From Candidatus Obscuribacteraceae bacterium (GTDB taxonomy: Bacteria > Cyanobacteriota > Vampirovibrionia > Obscuribacterales > Obscuribacteraceae), in the NCBI GenBank assembly GCA_044229845.1, contig JBGASG010000006.1, positions 32,001 to 96,000 on the forward strand: 64,000 bases of DNA. Reading direction: 5' to 3'. Position numbers and translations under genes: made by a program. The notes beneath the pieces were generated by a model. The model saw only the letters and a list, made by a program, of their open reading frames with translations, did not search any database and was not told the DNA's origin. Of this stretch, positions 62,601-64,000 are shown in pieces (the stretch's first letter is position 1; the number at the start of each line of letters is the position of its first letter).

Positions 62601-64000
62601 ATCATCTACATAGGTGAAGTCGAATTGTCCCAACTCGTTTGTTTCTGAGACGACGCGAGACATGCCGTCATAGACCCAATCGATCGAATTGTTTGTACCA
62701 TCTATAGAGCGGTTCGTCGTTCTACCCAATTCGTCATATTCAAAAGTGATATCAGAATTTGGAATTACCGTGTTCGTGATGGTTGCTAGTCTGCCACCAC
62801 CGGTGATGGGTGGATCGGTGGGATCCGTGATGTAATCGTTGTATTCATATTTATATGAGCCCCAACCATTGCGTGCCTCAATCAGGCGGTTGTAGTGGGT
62901 GTCATACGAATTGAGCACAGTAGAAGTCGCGTTGACTGCATCAACATACTGCAGCGAATTCAGAGTACCGTCCCAAATCCGATAATACTGCGTCTCCTGT
63001 CCGAGCGCATCTCGCTTGATTGCAAGGGCATTGCGATTTGTCTCCCAGATATATTTTGTGGTTGCATTGTCTTCCAAGACCTTCTCGATGACACGACCTT
63101 GCAAGTCGTGATTCCAGGTTGTTGTATGCCCGGCAGCATCGGTGAGTTCGCTGAGCGAACCACAAGAGCACCAGGTGTAGGATGTTTTCCTGCCTAGCGG
63201 ATCAATCTCGAATGCGAGCTGGTCCATGTTGTCGAATGAGCGTTGTGTGGTTCTCCCGAGACGATCTATGAAGAAGATCGCGTCAAGGTCTTGGAACACT
63301 GTCTGCTGCGTGGTCTGATCAGGAAATGTCGTTTTGACCAAACGATCCATGTCATCGTAGTCAAACGACAATGTGTAACCTTCCGCATCCGTGCTTGACG
63401 CGAGCGTTCCGTTTTCATTCAAGACCAGGGTTGTGACATCGTCTTCTTGAAGCGGACCGGTTATTTTTGTCAGGAAGCCATAGGCGACCGGCGACAGGGA
63501 GACGGTTACGCCGCCGGTTACCGCCTGGCTATAGCTCGTCGCGTTGACCGAAACAGACTTGATGGTCAAGTCTGCACCACTTGCACTCGCCGAAACGCCG
63601 AGGGTCTGCAGATCTGTATTGCCATTGATATTGGAAGCCAATGATGCGGCGACGTTGCTAGCCGTTTGTCCCGGCGTAGCGGTGTGAGATACCGTCTCCG
63701 AGCCACCAGGCAGATCCGGATCAGACACGGTGATGCTTGCCTGGTTGCCCGAGCTGATGGTGCCGCCTATGGTGGCATTCTCCGTTGACGTGTATTCGTA
63801 CGTCGTCACATTAGAAAGGGGATCCGTGACAGAGGTGAGCTGCCCGAAGACATTGTAGGTCATGTCGGTCTCTTGTCCTGAGCCGTCCATTTTTGTCAGC
63901 GGCAGATGTTGGCTGTTGTATGTGAATGTCCCAAGGACGAAATCATTGCTGTCGCGCGTTTCGTGAATTTCCTCCAAATCAATATTGTTTGCGGCATACT
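59685..64000 (-). CDS. Large Rhs/YD-repeat polymorphic toxin (5' end beyond the window) with inserted beta-rich repeats
   Basis: Frame open to the window edge; YD repeats, FISRD...DPSG core end, Pro/Cys/acidic tip. Confidence 0.92.
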   Translation of the reverse strand, partial: YAANNIDLEEIHETRDSNDFVLGTFTYNSQHLPLTKMDGSGQETDMTYNVFGQLTSVTDPLSNVTTYEYTSTENATIGGTISSGNQASITVSDPDLPGGSETVSHTATPGQTASNVAASLASNINGNTDLQTLGVSASASGADLTIKSVSVNATSYSQAVTGGVTVSLSPVAYGFLTKITGPLQEDDVTTLVLNENGTLASSTDAEGYTLSFDYDDMDRLVKTTFPDQTTQQTVFQDLDAIFFIDRLGRTTQRSFDNMDQLAFEIDPLGRKTSYTWCSCGSLSELTDAAGHTTTWNHDLQGRVIEKVLEDNATTKYIWETNRNALAIKRDALGQETQYYRIWDGTLNSLQYVDAVNATSTVLNSYDTHYNRLIEARNGWGSYKYEYNDYITDPTDPPITGGGRLATITNTVIPNSDITFEYDELGRTTNRSIDGTNNSIDWVYDGMSRVVSETNELGQFDFTYVDDGVGVSKGQSRLASIAYPNGQTTAFDWYGNDQDQRLREIRNLDPNSQALSQFNYAQDPTGQITRWMQQQKTRHVGFGLDYDAAGQLTAAVSGKGVLPAPFADQHFFSYDSAANRTDVQTSQVQNLVIGGSKTTSDVITVTATDSGLSGGTEAVAYTVLSGDTLTTIAANLAATITANSDCQSVGIDAVSSGTTVTLRSKSPNVTTFATSLSGGSTETASLGVNAALHNATIGGTPTTSDVVQITVHDPALGGGSTSVSRTVQGGDTLTSIATALTASINGSGSLSGAGITATSNGPVIAIQSLSPNVTTFTKSVTGAGTETVALGPSLNGTVNALIGGSKTTADVLTLTVFDAGLSGGSKGVSYTVQSGDNLTSITSGFASALNADSDLKAVGVSASSSGTVLTVTSVSRNATTYLPSRSTSATETILWDLPANGTVTAVIGGTKTTGNVLTITVYDAGLSGGSKAVNYTVQSGDTLNSIASGLATNINADTDLQGISVSATAVTPTSGVSVVNLISASKNATTYAKSLSGGATETIALSKNIGASQATFNTVNELTGISAGGNAHFQGNTDRPVLPVTVAGNAVDMTTSQNFSGNAALSSGSNSVNVSATAGGGSGTTTNTHKLEVVGAGSQTLTYDDNGNLTSDGTNSFAWDAENRLIQITYPSSGNNSAFTYDPFGRMVKIVETVASSVTSTKQHIWSGSTRCEERDGSGNASKQFFSRGQIDNSTSYFYNKDHLGSVWTMTDDSGDVQASYSFDPFGRTKTLESMQDSDFQFAGYYLHARSGLNFTRTRAYNAKIGRFISRDRIGERGGLNLYRYVGNRPTMWRDPSGNAVIRKMDLMDILLWLWQQFNQSQPPGPVPEPPNPQPPNPCPKDEDEDDGPPVTPTDETVIMGGAGGGPPPPDGHDDPPEQKPDKDPFDDCCKDCDDWYRIDLKEVDSMPEGNEKRAKLRQAEETRDDCVQECMDTYGIE

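Overview
Bacterial chromosomal window. The gene repertoire (MshEN-like repeat protein, YD-repeat peptidases, DUF4178/DUF350/SpeE-like operon) suggests Vampirovibrionia/Obscuribacterales, but this is inference only. 1-34 kb holds mostly ordinary genes: a partial PAS hybrid histidine kinase, an NMT1/SsuABC-type ABC transporter, a TrmJ-family methylase, Fur/PerR plus rubrerythrin, a rhomboid, a polyamine operon and a DUF1778-GNAT toxin-antitoxin pair. It also holds an alternating cluster of YD-repeat papain/calpain-like peptidases and PsbP/DUF1795-like paralogs that share a class-II-type promoter motif. 34.4-64 kb is an accessory island with two head-to-head Rhs arrays joined at an IS66. Main discovery: each of three paralogous tyrosine integrases is followed by a conserved palindrome, then the 12-bp core AGATTACTTATC, then an orphan Rhs C-terminal cassette. 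The same core lies inside both longer Rhs genes (codons for Q-I-T-Y-P). This is the signature expected of integrative elements that insert site-specifically into an rhs gene and swap its toxin tip. Further module components are integrase-specific arm-like repeats, a conserved stem-loop, an oriT-like block with an RHH gene, and a class I lanthipeptide cluster whose precursor has a (Pro-Gly)n tract.
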